Shown here: piece after piece, positions 9,621 to 19,914 of the stretch
Layout: every line of letters begins with the position of its first letter
Numbering within the stretch: position 1 is the first letter of the stretch
Assembly (NCBI GenBank): GCA_964650255.1
Contig: CAZYQT010000005.1
Span: forward strand, 2,006 to 66,005
DNA: 64,000 nt
Reading direction: 5' to 3'
From: an uncultured Candidatus Saccharibacteria bacterium
GTDB taxonomy: Bacteria; Patescibacteriota; Doudnabacteria; UBA920
Translations under genes and position numbers: made by a program
The notes under the pieces: generated by a model
Databases searched by the model: none
The model's input: the letters and a program-made list of their open reading frames with translations, nothing else
What the model was told of the DNA's origin: nothing

Positions 9621-10519
9621 TGCATCTCGCGCAATCTCTGAATGCGTTCTTTAATTGGTGGGTGCGTATTGAACAGCGCTGTTAGCCAGCCTGGTTCTTT
9701 GCCCTCACTGGCATTTTTAAATGGACTAGCAATGTACAAATGAGCAGTAGCTTTATTTGCTGCTTCCAATGCTTCGCTGTCTTCAGCGATTTTTTCTAGA
9801 GCCTGTGCAAGTCCTTCTGGGTAACGTGTTAGTAAGGCGCCAGAGGCATCAGCTAAATATTCTCGCTTGCGGGACACAGCCAGCTGTACAAGCATGGCAA
9901 CAATTGGTGACAAAATTGCCAGCACAATTCCAATGAGCAAGAAAACGCCGCCGCCTTCGTTGCTATTGCTACGTCTGCGCCCGCCAAATATTGATGCGCG
10001 TATCATCCAATCAGCGAGTAAGGTAATGGTGCCAACCAAGACTACTACCAAAGTCATAAAACGAATGTCGTAGTTGCCAATGTGCGAAAGCTCGTGAGCC
10101 AAAACCCCTTCAAGTTCGCTCTGGTTTAAGCGTTGCAAAGCACCTAGGGTAACACAAACCACAGCATTTTTTGGGTTACGACCAGTGGCAAAAGCGTTAA
10201 TCGCGGTATCGTCAATAATATAAACTCTTGGCATAGGGAGGCCAGCAGTAATACAAAGATTTTCCACGGTTTTGTATAACTGAGGCTGCGCTTTTAAATC
10301 AATTTCTTGCGCACCAGAAATGGCCAAGGTAATCTTGTCGGAATAGAAGTAGGAAATGAGCGCGGAAACAGAGCTGAACACCACAGCCACAAACAACAAA
10401 ATAGGTGAGCCATAATACTGAGACATTATAAAACCGAACCCAATAATAATTATTAGGAATATAAAGATGAGCAATACAGAGTACGCTTTGTTTTTACTGA
10501 CCTCGGTATAAGTTAGCAT
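9617..10519 (-). CDS. htpX: Membrane zinc metalloprotease HtpX (M48)
   Basis: 'NAFATGRNP', HELSH, 'SRKREYLAD', 'FNTHPP'. Confidence 0.93.
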   Translation of the reverse strand: MLTYTEVSKNKAYSVLLIFIFLIIIIGFGFIMSQYYGSPILLFVAVVFSSVSALISYFYSDKITLAISGAQEIDLKAQPQLYKTVENLCITAGLPMPRVYIIDDTAINAFATGRNPKNAVVCVTLGALQRLNQSELEGVLAHELSHIGNYDIRFMTLVVVLVGTITLLADWMIRASIFGGRRRSNSNEGGGVFLLIGIVLAILSPIVAMLVQLAVSRKREYLADASGALLTRYPEGLAQALEKIAEDSEALEAANKATAHLYIASPFKNASEGKEPGWLTALFNTHPPIKERIQRLREMH

Positions 10520-10521
10520 TG

Positions 10522-11067
10522 TTAGTAATTAAGTGGGCCACGTCCGCATTGAGCAGGAACGGTAATTTTGTTAACGGTAATAAATTTGGCGGTTGGAGGG
10601 GCGTCGCCACCAGATGTTGGCATTGAGTAATCAGAAATAGTTATGCTGGCTTGACCCGAAATATGATCGCAGGCAACAAGTCCTATTGAGCCAGCATCAT
10701 TTACTTTTAGAGATTGCTTGGCAAGGTTTTGATTTGAAAAACAGAAAAAACTTTTTGCGGGAATACCAGTTACAGCAGTTGAAGTTTTAAAACATAGCGT
10801 GTCACTATATAGGCTGTCGTGTTCCATTCCAAACGTACCTCTAACTGTTTGCTGATCAGAGTCAGCCATCATTGTTTTAGGTGGAGTTTCTGAATTTGTA
10901 TCTGTGTCCACATTTTTTAATTGCTGGTTAGTGTTCATCATTCGATTGCCCATTACACCGACTGGGATATTAGAATTTTGGCCAGCACCAAAGGCAACAA
11001 CCCCGATTATTACAGCAGCAGCAAGGCCGGTGGCTACGCCGAGAAAAAACTTTTTATCGAATTCCAT
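10522..11067 (-). CDS. Hypothetical membrane-anchored protein with four Cys
   Basis: N-terminal TM helix, low-complexity linker, Cys-containing domain; lies between lemA and htpX. Confidence 0.65.
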   Translation of the reverse strand: MEFDKKFFLGVATGLAAAVIIGVVAFGAGQNSNIPVGVMGNRMMNTNQQLKNVDTDTNSETPPKTMMADSDQQTVRGTFGMEHDSLYSDTLCFKTSTAVTGIPAKSFFCFSNQNLAKQSLKVNDAGSIGLVACDHISGQASITISDYSMPTSGGDAPPTAKFITVNKITVPAQCGRGPLNY

Positions 11068-11078
11068 AAATTTATTTA

Positions 11079-11627
11079 TTAAAACTTAACTTCGACCGGC
11101 TGTTGTTCTGGGCCGTTGTCATCTATGTCAAAGAAATTGCGTTTTGCAAATCCTAGCATTGATGCAAATAGGTTGGTTGGGAAAACTTCAATTTTAGTAT
11201 TGTAGTCACGGACATTGCCGTTGTAGAAGCGGCGAGCAGCTTGAATTTTGTTTTCTGTATCTGTTAGATCGGCTTGTAGCTGCATAAAGTTTTGGTTGCT
11301 TTTCAAATCAGGATAATTTTCAGCTACAGCAAACAAGCTTTTTAAAGTACCAGAAAGTTGGTTTTCATCTTTAGCCATTTCTTCTGGAGTCTTGGCGCCC
11401 ATGGCTTGAGTACGCGCTTGGGTAACACGCTCTAGCACGCCAGATTCTTGGGCGGCATAACCTTTGACTGTGTTAACCAAATTAGGAATCAGGTCGTAGC
11501 GGCGCTTAAGTTGCACCTCGATATCTGCCCAAGCTTCGTCAACTCGATACCGTGAGCGGATTAAAGAATTGTAGATAATGGCAGCAACTGCAACAATTGC
11601 GACTATGATCAAAATTAAGATTATCAT
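11079..11627 (-). CDS. lemA: LemA family protein
   Basis: 'AWADIEVQLKRRYDLIPNLV', 'AENYPDLKSNQNF', 'ARRFYNGNV'. Confidence 0.95.
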   Translation of the reverse strand: MIILILIIVAIVAVAAIIYNSLIRSRYRVDEAWADIEVQLKRRYDLIPNLVNTVKGYAAQESGVLERVTQARTQAMGAKTPEEMAKDENQLSGTLKSLFAVAENYPDLKSNQNFMQLQADLTDTENKIQAARRFYNGNVRDYNTKIEVFPTNLFASMLGFAKRNFFDIDDNGPEQQPVEVKF

Positions 11628-11698
11628 ATTGTTTTATGAATTAATGCTTTTCCTTATTATACCAGGAAACCCATTTATTGGTAATGTATACTATAGAT

Positions 11699-12214
11699 AT
11701 GTCAATTTTTAATGAAATTTTAAGATTTGCGATCCCATGTTGGGTGATTAACATGTCTTTGAATGGAATTTTTGTTGCATCAATATATTTTCCCAAACTA
11801 ACTGCTTTTGATAAACCTTTGGATGCTGGCAAGTTTTGGAACGGCCGACGCATTTTGGGAAACGCCAGAACTTGGTACGGGTTACCTGTTTCAGTTACAG
11901 CAGGGTTTTTAATTCACCTAATAATTAGCCACAATTTTAAGCATGCTCTGTTAATTGGAATTTTGAATGGCTTAACGGTTTATGTTGGAGATATTCTGGG
12001 GAGTTTTATTAAGCGGAGGTTAAACTTTCGCGATGGCCAGTTTTTACCTCTCGTTGACCATGGTGATTACGTAATAATTACAGGAATTGTATTTGGCTTG
12101 TTGCAAATCTTTCCCTGGAAAGTGATTGGTTTGGCTCTTTTGATAACGTATCTAGTGCACCCAATCGTGACCTACTTAGCCTTTCTGGGAAAGTGGCGGA
12201 ATGATCCTTTGTGA
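11699..12214 (+). CDS. CDP-archaeol synthase (CarS)-like cytidylyltransferase
   Basis: 'PLDAGKFWNGRRILGNARTWYG', 'GDILGSFIKRRL', 'DHGD'; start set at the ATG 6 nt after TATACT. Confidence 0.8.
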   Translation: MSIFNEILRFAIPCWVINMSLNGIFVASIYFPKLTAFDKPLDAGKFWNGRRILGNARTWYGLPVSVTAGFLIHLIISHNFKHALLIGILNGLTVYVGDILGSFIKRRLNFRDGQFLPLVDHGDYVIITGIVFGLLQIFPWKVIGLALLITYLVHPIVTYLAFLGKWRNDPL

Positions 12215-12262
12215 TTATTCTAAGTGCTTTTCTTTTTAGTTGGTTTTCTCTATAATTAGGCT

Positions 12263-12544
12263 ATGTTAAGCCGAGAAGAAGTCATCAAAATCAGCCAAAT
12301 GGCTCGCATAAAGCTTCAAGAAGATGAGATCGAAAAGTTCCAAAAGGACCTCTCGTCTGTTTTGGATTATGTAGATGAATTAAAAGCGGTTAATACTGAT
12401 GGGCTAGAGATTGTTTCTAGTGTGACCGGTTTGGAAAATGTGGAGCGCGAAGATAAGGCCGTATTGATTGACTACCAGGAAGAAATTTTGGCCAACGCGC
12501 CGGAACGCAGGGATCGATACTATAAAGTGAAATCAATTTTATAA
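12263..12544 (+). CDS. gatC: Asp/Glu-tRNA amidotransferase subunit C
   Basis: 'KISQMARI...LSSVLDYVDEL...REDK...ILANAPE...KVKSIL'; precedes gatA. Confidence 0.92.
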   Translation: MLSREEVIKISQMARIKLQEDEIEKFQKDLSSVLDYVDELKAVNTDGLEIVSSVTGLENVEREDKAVLIDYQEEILANAPERRDRYYKVKSIL

Positions 12545-14052
12545 TGGCTAATTGGGAACAGTTAGAGCTGCATGAGCTGCGCGAAAAATTAGACAACAAA
12601 GAAGTTTCGTCTGTTGAACTGACGAAATATTTTTTGGCGCGGGTAAAAGAATTGTCGCCGGTTGGCGATTCGCCAGAAGTACGTGAAAAGTTGAACGCAT
12701 TCATAACTTTGTGTGAAGACGAAGCTTTGGCGCAAGCTGTAGAAGCTGATGAATACATGGCCGCGGGTGGTAAGTCTAATCCACCATTGTGCGGCATTCC
12801 GTTTGCAGCGAAGGATTTATTTTTGACTAAAGGCATTCGCACTACTGCAGCATCAAAAATTTTAGAGAACTACATCCCACCATATGATTCTACTGTGATT
12901 GCGAAGTTGAAAGAGCAGAAAGCAGTGATGATTGGTAAGACTAATATGGATCAGTTTGCGCATGGCTCTTCCGGCGAAACTTCCTTTTATGGTGCAACAC
13001 GAAATCCGTGGGATACCACGCGCATGCCTGGTGGGTCTTCTAGTGGTAGCGCGGCTGCGGTTGCAGCAGGGCTTGCCCCTTGGACTTTAGCAACAGAAAC
13101 TGGCGGCAGTATTCGCCAGCCGGCATCGCTTACAGGAGTTAGTGGATGGAAGCCAACTTATGGCCGAGTTAGTCGCTATGGCGTGGCCGCGATGGCATCA
13201 AGTTTGGATAGCCCTGGTGCAATGGCACGCAGTGTAAAAGATTTAGCAATGATAGCGGAAGTAATTTCCGGGCAAGATGCAAAAGATTCCACAACTGGTC
13301 CGTACGATGTGCCAGCATATTTTGGTGAACTCAACGCAGATATACAAGGAATGAAAATCGGTGTGCCTAAAGAATATTTTGTTGATGGTATGCAGCCAGA
13401 AGTTCGCACGCGCGTGGAAGAAGCGATTGAAGTTTTGAAAAGCAAAGGCGCGGAAATTGTAGAAGTCAGTTTGCCGAACACGAAGTATGGCTCTTTGGTG
13501 TATGCAATTGTGTGCCCGAGTGAAGTATCATCGAACTTAGCGCGCTATGATGGCATCCGCTACGGCCACTCCACGCAAGAAGGTAAAGATTTGTTTGAAG
13601 TGTATGCTAAGAGTCGCGCTGCGGGTTTTGGTGATGAAGCCAAGCGCCGTATTATGACCGGCACTTATGTTTTGTCGGCTGGTTATTACGATGCTTACTA
13701 CAAAAAAGCGCAAGCCGTGCGTCGCTTGATTTTGAATGAGTTTGAAGAAGTGTTTAAGCAAGTTGATGTATTAGTTGCGCCGTCGTCGCCGAATGTTGCT
13801 TTGCCTTTAGGTAAAGCGGCTGACGATCCCTTGTTTGGTTATATTGCTGATCAGTTGAATATTCCAGGGTCTCTTGCTGGAACACCGGGACTTTCTATAC
13901 CTTGTGGTTTCGCTGAAGCAGATGGCAAGCAATTGCCAGTCGGTTTACAAATTATTGGCCCGCAATGGGGCGAACAAAAAGTCTTTAATGTTGGCGCTGC
14001 CTATCAGGAAGTAACTGATTGGCACACTAAGATTCCCGAAACTAATATATAA
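12544..14052 (+). CDS. gatA: Asp/Glu-tRNA amidotransferase subunit A
   Basis: Amidase signature PGGSSSGSAAAV, TGGSIRQPA, 'SSNLARYDGIRYG'. Confidence 0.96.
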   Translation: MANWEQLELHELREKLDNKEVSSVELTKYFLARVKELSPVGDSPEVREKLNAFITLCEDEALAQAVEADEYMAAGGKSNPPLCGIPFAAKDLFLTKGIRTTAASKILENYIPPYDSTVIAKLKEQKAVMIGKTNMDQFAHGSSGETSFYGATRNPWDTTRMPGGSSSGSAAAVAAGLAPWTLATETGGSIRQPASLTGVSGWKPTYGRVSRYGVAAMASSLDSPGAMARSVKDLAMIAEVISGQDAKDSTTGPYDVPAYFGELNADIQGMKIGVPKEYFVDGMQPEVRTRVEEAIEVLKSKGAEIVEVSLPNTKYGSLVYAIVCPSEVSSNLARYDGIRYGHSTQEGKDLFEVYAKSRAAGFGDEAKRRIMTGTYVLSAGYYDAYYKKAQAVRRLILNEFEEVFKQVDVLVAPSSPNVALPLGKAADDPLFGYIADQLNIPGSLAGTPGLSIPCGFAEADGKQLPVGLQIIGPQWGEQKVFNVGAAYQEVTDWHTKIPETNI

Positions 14053-14057
14053 AATAT

Positions 14058-15683
14058 ATGGAAGAAACCAATATAGCACAACAAATTGAAACTAACGCCT
14101 CCACAGGTTCTCTTGTGGCTACTGAAAAAACGTCTGTGTGGAGATCAGTATTATTTTTTATTGGTACAACAGTTTTATTCGGACTGATTGCAGCAGTGTT
14201 AACAACTGCTTTTCCGAACTATTCAGGGTGTGGGTTTCCTCAATTCGGGCCGTGTGGTAATTTGGGAGGTTTTCCTATGGGTTATTTTTCGTTTCATGAT
14301 TTTAGCATTTTATGGATATCTATTGGTTTAATAGTTAATACTTTATTTTATAGTGCTATTGTGTTAGTCGCTCGGTTAATCGTCCTATTGTTAGCTAAAT
14401 TAGTCAAAGGGTCAAAGAGTTTAGTCTTAGTTATATTAATTTTACTATTACCAATTACAGTCCCAATTTTATTGTGGATTATTTCTTTGGTTGTCACATT
14501 TCCAGGTTCTTTAAGGGATGTATTGTTTTACTTAGGGGACTTACCTTATTTTATTGGAGATAAAATAGGGGTGATAGATACCGTGGCATATGTACCAATA
14601 GAAAGATATGTTTTGATGATTGAAATTCTTATATCTGGTACCGTATTATTTGCAGTATTCTACCTACTTACTTTTTTGAAATCAAGTTTCACAGTACATA
14701 AGTACTACAAATTACTGTTTATAATACTTGCTGTTATTTACCCGGTATTAACTTTTATACCCCACCCATCTTTAGCTGTTATCGACGCACCATCTTATGA
14801 AGATTTGCCATTTACGGTCAGGAATATAATTAAGACTCAAACAGCGCTGCGTTATAATTTAGAAATTAAGAGTTTTCCTGAGGACCAAAAAGTCTATAGT
14901 GTTAGAGTTTGCGCAGCTGATTCTGTGGCAGCTATTAAGGAATTTGGTTCCGATAGTCCTTGTGGTTTCAGTATTTCATACATGCGTAGTAATTCTGGTG
15001 TAATCGAAGATTCAGTCGGAGAAACTTTGTATGATAATGAATTTATCCCACATGCTGGAATAGAAGGTTTAATTCCATCCAACCTAACTGGGAAAGAAAA
15101 AAAACTTATTGTATTTATTGAGCCCCATACGGATGAAGGAGGGATTGTGAGGGGGCTTAGAACTTATGAAGTTAGCCTGGCCAATTATGAAATCAGGCAG
15201 GATTTGGGAATTCCGAAGCTTGATTTCCCAACTGGCTGGAAACAGTATAATAATTTTGATGGATATTCCATTGCTGTCCCCGCAGATTATGTAATATATT
15301 CCAGTATCGATCGGAGCAGTGCTGAACCATGGATGAGGGAAGCCTGGGAAGGCTCGCATCGGGTAAATATTGGAATCAGCGAAAAAGCAGTTGCTGAAAC
15401 TGAATCCCCTCAAATTCACGTTAGAATTCTAGCCAATAACCTTTCCCCTGAAGAAGCACTGACGATGTATATTTCAGAAAATAAATTTATAAATCCTAAG
15501 GGCAGTATTAAAAAAGTTGCTTACCAAAACTCTGATTCATACCGCTGGGATGGGGATGGAACAATTGGCTCACCATTGTATGTAATGTTAGTTTCCCAGG
15601 GAGATCAGTATTTTGTACTGCAACAAGATACAGATGACCCCATCTTAACTCAGATTGCAAATTCATTCACAATTTACGAGTAA
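14058..15683 (+). CDS. Orphan multi-pass membrane protein with large extracellular C-terminal domains
   Basis: About five TM segments followed by soluble domains; the last resembles PsbP-like CPR domains ('WKQYNNFDGYSIAVP...QIANSF'); AT-rich. Confidence 0.65.
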   Translation: MEETNIAQQIETNASTGSLVATEKTSVWRSVLFFIGTTVLFGLIAAVLTTAFPNYSGCGFPQFGPCGNLGGFPMGYFSFHDFSILWISIGLIVNTLFYSAIVLVARLIVLLLAKLVKGSKSLVLVILILLLPITVPILLWIISLVVTFPGSLRDVLFYLGDLPYFIGDKIGVIDTVAYVPIERYVLMIEILISGTVLFAVFYLLTFLKSSFTVHKYYKLLFIILAVIYPVLTFIPHPSLAVIDAPSYEDLPFTVRNIIKTQTALRYNLEIKSFPEDQKVYSVRVCAADSVAAIKEFGSDSPCGFSISYMRSNSGVIEDSVGETLYDNEFIPHAGIEGLIPSNLTGKEKKLIVFIEPHTDEGGIVRGLRTYEVSLANYEIRQDLGIPKLDFPTGWKQYNNFDGYSIAVPADYVIYSSIDRSSAEPWMREAWEGSHRVNIGISEKAVAETESPQIHVRILANNLSPEEALTMYISENKFINPKGSIKKVAYQNSDSYRWDGDGTIGSPLYVMLVSQGDQYFVLQQDTDDPILTQIANSFTIYE

Positions 15684-15684
15684 T

Positions 15685-17208
15685 ATGGAACTAAAAGGCT
15701 ACAAACCAGTTATAGGACTCGAGATCCACGTGCAGCTTGCTACTAAGAGCAAGATGTTTTCGAGTGCGCCGTGCGATCCCGAAGAAAAAATTCCGAACAC
15801 AAATATAGACGAGGTCGCAACTGGCGAGCCCGGCTCTTTGCCGGTGATTAACAAAGAAGCAGTGCGTTTGGGCGTTATGGTGGGCATGGCTTTGAATTGC
15901 GAGATTCCGGAATATTCTAAGTTTGACCGCAAACATTATTTTTACCCTGATCTTCCAAAGGGGTATCAGATTTCGCAATTGGATCATCCTGTTGCGGCAA
16001 AGGGCTATGTAGATATTTCTGTTCCTGCGGATCCGAATCGTGAAGGAAACAAAGATGCTTACACAAAACGCATTAGAATTACGCGCGCGCATTTGGAAGA
16101 AGATGCCGGGAAGAACACACACCCAGAGGGTTTGCCTTATTCTTTAGTAGATTTGAATCGCGCCGGCTGTCCGCTTTTGGAAATTGTAACTGAGCCTGAT
16201 GTCGAAACAGCAGAAGAAGCGCGCATCTTTTTGCAGGAGCTGCAGAGAATTGTTCGTTATGTGGGAGCATCAAGTGCAGATATGGAAAAAGGCACGATGC
16301 GCTGCGAGCCAAACATTTCGGTGCGTAAGCCTGGTGAAGAAAGTTTGCCGAAATATAAAGTTGAAGTGAAGAACATCAATAGCTTTAAGTTTGCCGAAGC
16401 TGCAATTAATTACGAAATTCCGCGGCACATTGAAATGCTCGAAGCAGGTGAGATGCCAAAGCAGGTAACCATGGGCTGGAATGAAAAGTACAACAAGACT
16501 GTTGAACAGCGCGAAAAGGGTGAAGCTAATGATTATCGTTACATGCCAGAACCAGATTTACCAGAACTCCATTTTACAGAAGAGTTTAAAGCAAAGCTTC
16601 GTGCCGAACTACCAGAATTGCCAGCACAAAAGCGCGTGCGTTTTAAAGCTGAGTTCGGCTTGGATGATGCAGGAATTGAAACTTTGCTCAACTGGAAGCA
16701 AATGAATGAGTACTTTGAGGAAGTAGTAAGTGAAATTGATGCATGGATGCTCACTGATGGAAATTCTGACAACCAAGACTTGCGTGCGAAGTTAATTAAA
16801 CTTGCTGCTAATTGGTGTGTGCAAGATTTTTCCGCATTGCTTAATGCAGAGCTTGCTAATCCACTTGAATCACGAGTTAGTGCGGAAAATATGGCAGAAT
16901 TAGTTAAGCTAATCGACAACGGAAAAATTTCTGGGTCTGCTGCCAAACAAGTGTTTAAAGTAATGTACGAAAAAGGCGGTGAGCCAGATATGATTGTCGA
17001 AGACTTGGGTTTGGTGCAGGTGAGTGATGCTGGTGCGATTGAATCAGCTATCGACGAAGTTATTGCAGCTAACGAAAAAGCTGTTGCAGATTTTAAAGCT
17101 GGCGAACAAAAATCATTTGGCTTCTTGGTCGGCCAAGTTATGGCGCACATGAAAGGCAAGGCCAATCCGCAGGTTGTAAATGAGTTGTTGAAGAAAAAAC
17201 TAAGTTAA
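15685..17208 (+). CDS. gatB: Asp/Glu-tRNA amidotransferase subunit B
   Basis: 'VIGLEIHVQL', 'FDRKHYFYPDLPKGYQISQ', 'HLEEDAGK', 'YRYMPEPDL', C-terminal YqeY-like domain. Confidence 0.96.
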   Translation: MELKGYKPVIGLEIHVQLATKSKMFSSAPCDPEEKIPNTNIDEVATGEPGSLPVINKEAVRLGVMVGMALNCEIPEYSKFDRKHYFYPDLPKGYQISQLDHPVAAKGYVDISVPADPNREGNKDAYTKRIRITRAHLEEDAGKNTHPEGLPYSLVDLNRAGCPLLEIVTEPDVETAEEARIFLQELQRIVRYVGASSADMEKGTMRCEPNISVRKPGEESLPKYKVEVKNINSFKFAEAAINYEIPRHIEMLEAGEMPKQVTMGWNEKYNKTVEQREKGEANDYRYMPEPDLPELHFTEEFKAKLRAELPELPAQKRVRFKAEFGLDDAGIETLLNWKQMNEYFEEVVSEIDAWMLTDGNSDNQDLRAKLIKLAANWCVQDFSALLNAELANPLESRVSAENMAELVKLIDNGKISGSAAKQVFKVMYEKGGEPDMIVEDLGLVQVSDAGAIESAIDEVIAANEKAVADFKAGEQKSFGFLVGQVMAHMKGKANPQVVNELLKKKLS

Positions 17209-17212
17209 CTTT

Positions 17213-17818
17213 ATGCCAGAGCAAAGAGATCGAAGTATTATCAATTTTTTGTACGAAGTTGGAACCATGCGCCGTTTGCCGCGAATTCACAGTCAAACCC
17301 TGTTGTCTAGCGACACATCCGACACAATCGCCTCGCATTCATATCGTGTAGCAGTGATTGCTTGGTTTTTAGCAAAAATTGAAGGCGCTGACCTATATAA
17401 GTGTATGGCTATGGGTTTGTTCCATGATATTGCTGAAGCTCGTACTGGTGACCACAATTGGATTCACAAAAAATATGTAAAAATACATGATGAAGAAATT
17501 TTGGAAGACCAGCTTGGTCCGTTACCGTTCCCAGATCTGAAAGAGCTCATGGATGAATACGAGAAGCGCGAAAGTGCTGAATCAATTATTGCTAAGCAAG
17601 CTGACATCTTGGATCAGATTTTACTATTGCGCGAGTATGAGTGGCAGGGGAATAAAGAAGCGGCGATTTGGCTTCATGGTAAGGACGAAGACACCAACAA
17701 AGGTAGGGCGCAAATGAAAAAGCTGACTTTGCCATCGGCAATTAAGCTGGGCGAAATGATGTATGAAGTTGCGCCATCAGAATGGTGGGAAAATATTTGG
17801 ACCAGTAAAAATCGTTAA
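17213..17818 (+). CDS. HD-domain phosphohydrolase (YfbR/HDDC2-like)
   Basis: 'IASHSYR', 'FHDIAEARTGD', 'KQADILD'. Confidence 0.85.
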   Translation: MPEQRDRSIINFLYEVGTMRRLPRIHSQTLLSSDTSDTIASHSYRVAVIAWFLAKIEGADLYKCMAMGLFHDIAEARTGDHNWIHKKYVKIHDEEILEDQLGPLPFPDLKELMDEYEKRESAESIIAKQADILDQILLLREYEWQGNKEAAIWLHGKDEDTNKGRAQMKKLTLPSAIKLGEMMYEVAPSEWWENIWTSKNR

Positions 17819-17828
17819 ACAAAAATAA

Positions 17829-18704
17829 ATGTCATATTTAGGAATCATCTTTGCTCTGGTTGCGCTTTTTGCATGGGGCTTTGGTGATTTTTTTATTCAG
17901 CGAGCATCGCGCAAGATTGGGATTATGCAAGCGTTGTTTTTTAACACTCTTGCAGTTTCTGTAGTTTTGTTGCCATTCGTTTGGAATCAGATCCCCAATT
18001 TAGTTTCTGATCAAGTAACCTTTTGGGCGTTAATCGGCATTGGAGTAGCCTTCTTTTTTACCGGAACCTTGCAGTTTTATGTTCTAGAAATTGGCAAGCT
18101 TGCTGTGGTGGAACCGATTGCAAGCTTGGAGCTTCCGCTTACTGTTTTGATAAGTGCTGTGATTGGCGCAGAACTCCTGTCTGCTCCAAGTTATGTTATT
18201 ATCGCAATAGTATTTTTAGGTATTGCGTTAACCGTTAGTCCCCACGCATTTCACCTGGGCCATATCTTCCGTAGGCTTGAAAAAGGAACCTTCGTTGCAT
18301 TGTTAGGGGCCTTGGGTATGGCGCTGACAAATTTTTTGATGGGTCATGCGAGTCAAATTAGTTCGCCAGTACTAACCGTGTGGTTAGTAGACGTAGTGAT
18401 TTTGGTTATGGCCACTGTAATTTTGTTATATAAGAATCAGTTTAAGCATCTGTATCAAGATTTTAAAAAAGCCCCCGGAGCAATTATTGCTGAGAGCACT
18501 TTAGATAATATTGCATGGCTGGCATATTGTCTCGCGGTTATATATATACCAATTTCCATTGCTATTACTATTAGCGAAAGTTACATAATTTTAGCAGTAC
18601 TGCTCGGCATTTTCATTAATAAAGAAAAATTAAAACACCACCAAACGCTCGGGATAATCTTTGCGATTGGCGGTGTTCTGCTGTTGTCGTGGATGACGGG
18701 CTAA
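17829..18704 (+). CDS. DMT/EamA family transporter
   Basis: About 10 TM helices in two EamA-like repeats. Confidence 0.88.
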   Translation: MSYLGIIFALVALFAWGFGDFFIQRASRKIGIMQALFFNTLAVSVVLLPFVWNQIPNLVSDQVTFWALIGIGVAFFFTGTLQFYVLEIGKLAVVEPIASLELPLTVLISAVIGAELLSAPSYVIIAIVFLGIALTVSPHAFHLGHIFRRLEKGTFVALLGALGMALTNFLMGHASQISSPVLTVWLVDVVILVMATVILLYKNQFKHLYQDFKKAPGAIIAESTLDNIAWLAYCLAVIYIPISIAITISESYIILAVLLGIFINKEKLKHHQTLGIIFAIGGVLLLSWMTG

Positions 18705-18952
18705 GGCCACATATGGTATGCCAATTCGAATGTTGTCCCGCTAAAATTGATGATACGTTTTTCGTCAATTGCCGATTTTGGATCATAATTGAATTGCAAT
18801 GCCATTTCCATTGCCGTTTTGCGAATAAGATCCCTAATTTCTTCAGAATGTTTTTTTCTGCGTATTTTGGGTCTTACAGTGCATTGGTAGTCAACCATCA
18901 GTCCTTGAGGTACGTACTGAAACGAACCTTCTACTAGAGTGTGATTTGCCAT
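18701..18952 (-). CDS. Small orphan protein
   Basis: 83 aa ORF downstream of miaA, with a GGAGG site 7 nt before the ATG. Confidence 0.55.
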   Translation of the reverse strand: MANHTLVEGSFQYVPQGLMVDYQCTVRPKIRRKKHSEEIRDLIRKTAMEMALQFNYDPKSAIDEKRIINFSGTTFELAYHMWP

Positions 18953-18971
18953 ATTAATTCCTCCGTCAATG

Positions 18972-19874
18972 TCACAATCTAACAGATTTTTGATAATCAG
19001 TCAACCATTCGATATTATTATTGCGTTTCCACCAAGTCATTTGGCGCTTGGTGTATTTTTTAATGGCGCTAAATAATTGCTCTTCCATTTCTTGCCTGGA
19101 GAGTTTGCCTTGCAAAAATAAAGCACAATATTTATATTCCAAACCAAAACTTTCTAACTTCTTCCATGACAGTCCCGAGGCACGAAGTTTCTTCACTTCT
19201 GCGACCATGCCCTGCTTAAGTCGCGACCTCAAGCGTTTTTGAATATTTCTTTCCAGTTTTTCTTTTCCTGGGTTCAGGCCAATCCACTCAACTGTATAGT
19301 TTGATGACTGCTTCAGCTTTGGCACTGGCTTTCCGGTAGACATTACAATTTCCAAGGCACGCATTAATCTACGGGGGTTTTTAGCATCAATTTCCTTAGC
19401 CCTTTTGGGATCGAGCTGTTGTAATAATTTATACATTTCAGTTGTAGTAAGAGATGAGAGTTTTGCCCGGAGTTTGATATTGGGTTTTACTTCGGGCAAA
19501 ACCTTGCCAAATACTACTGCATCGACCCAATGGGCTGTACCACCACAAATAATTGGCATTTTGCCTCGCGCGTAGATGTCATCAATAATTTTTTTGGCTT
19601 TGCGCTGAAATTGCGCTACAGAATACTGCCGCAAAGGCGAAGCCTCATCAATTAGGTGGTGGGGGATATTTTTATACACAAAAACTTTATGGCCTTCGCG
19701 CAAAAGCCACTTGCCAGACACTTTGCCTGAACCAATATTCATTCCTTTGTAAATTTGCCTGGAGTCAGCGGAAATAATTTCGCCATGGATTTTTTTTGCA
19801 AGCTTTACAGCAAACTCGCTTTTCCCGGAGGAAGTTGGGCCAACAACGGCGATTAAAGATTTTTTCAGATTCAT
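18972..19874 (-). CDS. miaA: tRNA dimethylallyltransferase
   Basis: 'GPTSSGKS', 'IISADSRQIYKGM', 'RRLMRALE', 'KRQMTW'. Confidence 0.95.
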   Translation of the reverse strand: MNLKKSLIAVVGPTSSGKSEFAVKLAKKIHGEIISADSRQIYKGMNIGSGKVSGKWLLREGHKVFVYKNIPHHLIDEASPLRQYSVAQFQRKAKKIIDDIYARGKMPIICGGTAHWVDAVVFGKVLPEVKPNIKLRAKLSSLTTTEMYKLLQQLDPKRAKEIDAKNPRRLMRALEIVMSTGKPVPKLKQSSNYTVEWIGLNPGKEKLERNIQKRLRSRLKQGMVAEVKKLRASGLSWKKLESFGLEYKYCALFLQGKLSRQEMEEQLFSAIKKYTKRQMTWWKRNNNIEWLTDYQKSVRL

Positions 19875-19914
19875 ATGATATGATTAAAGCACTGTAATAA
19901 TTAATATAACATAA

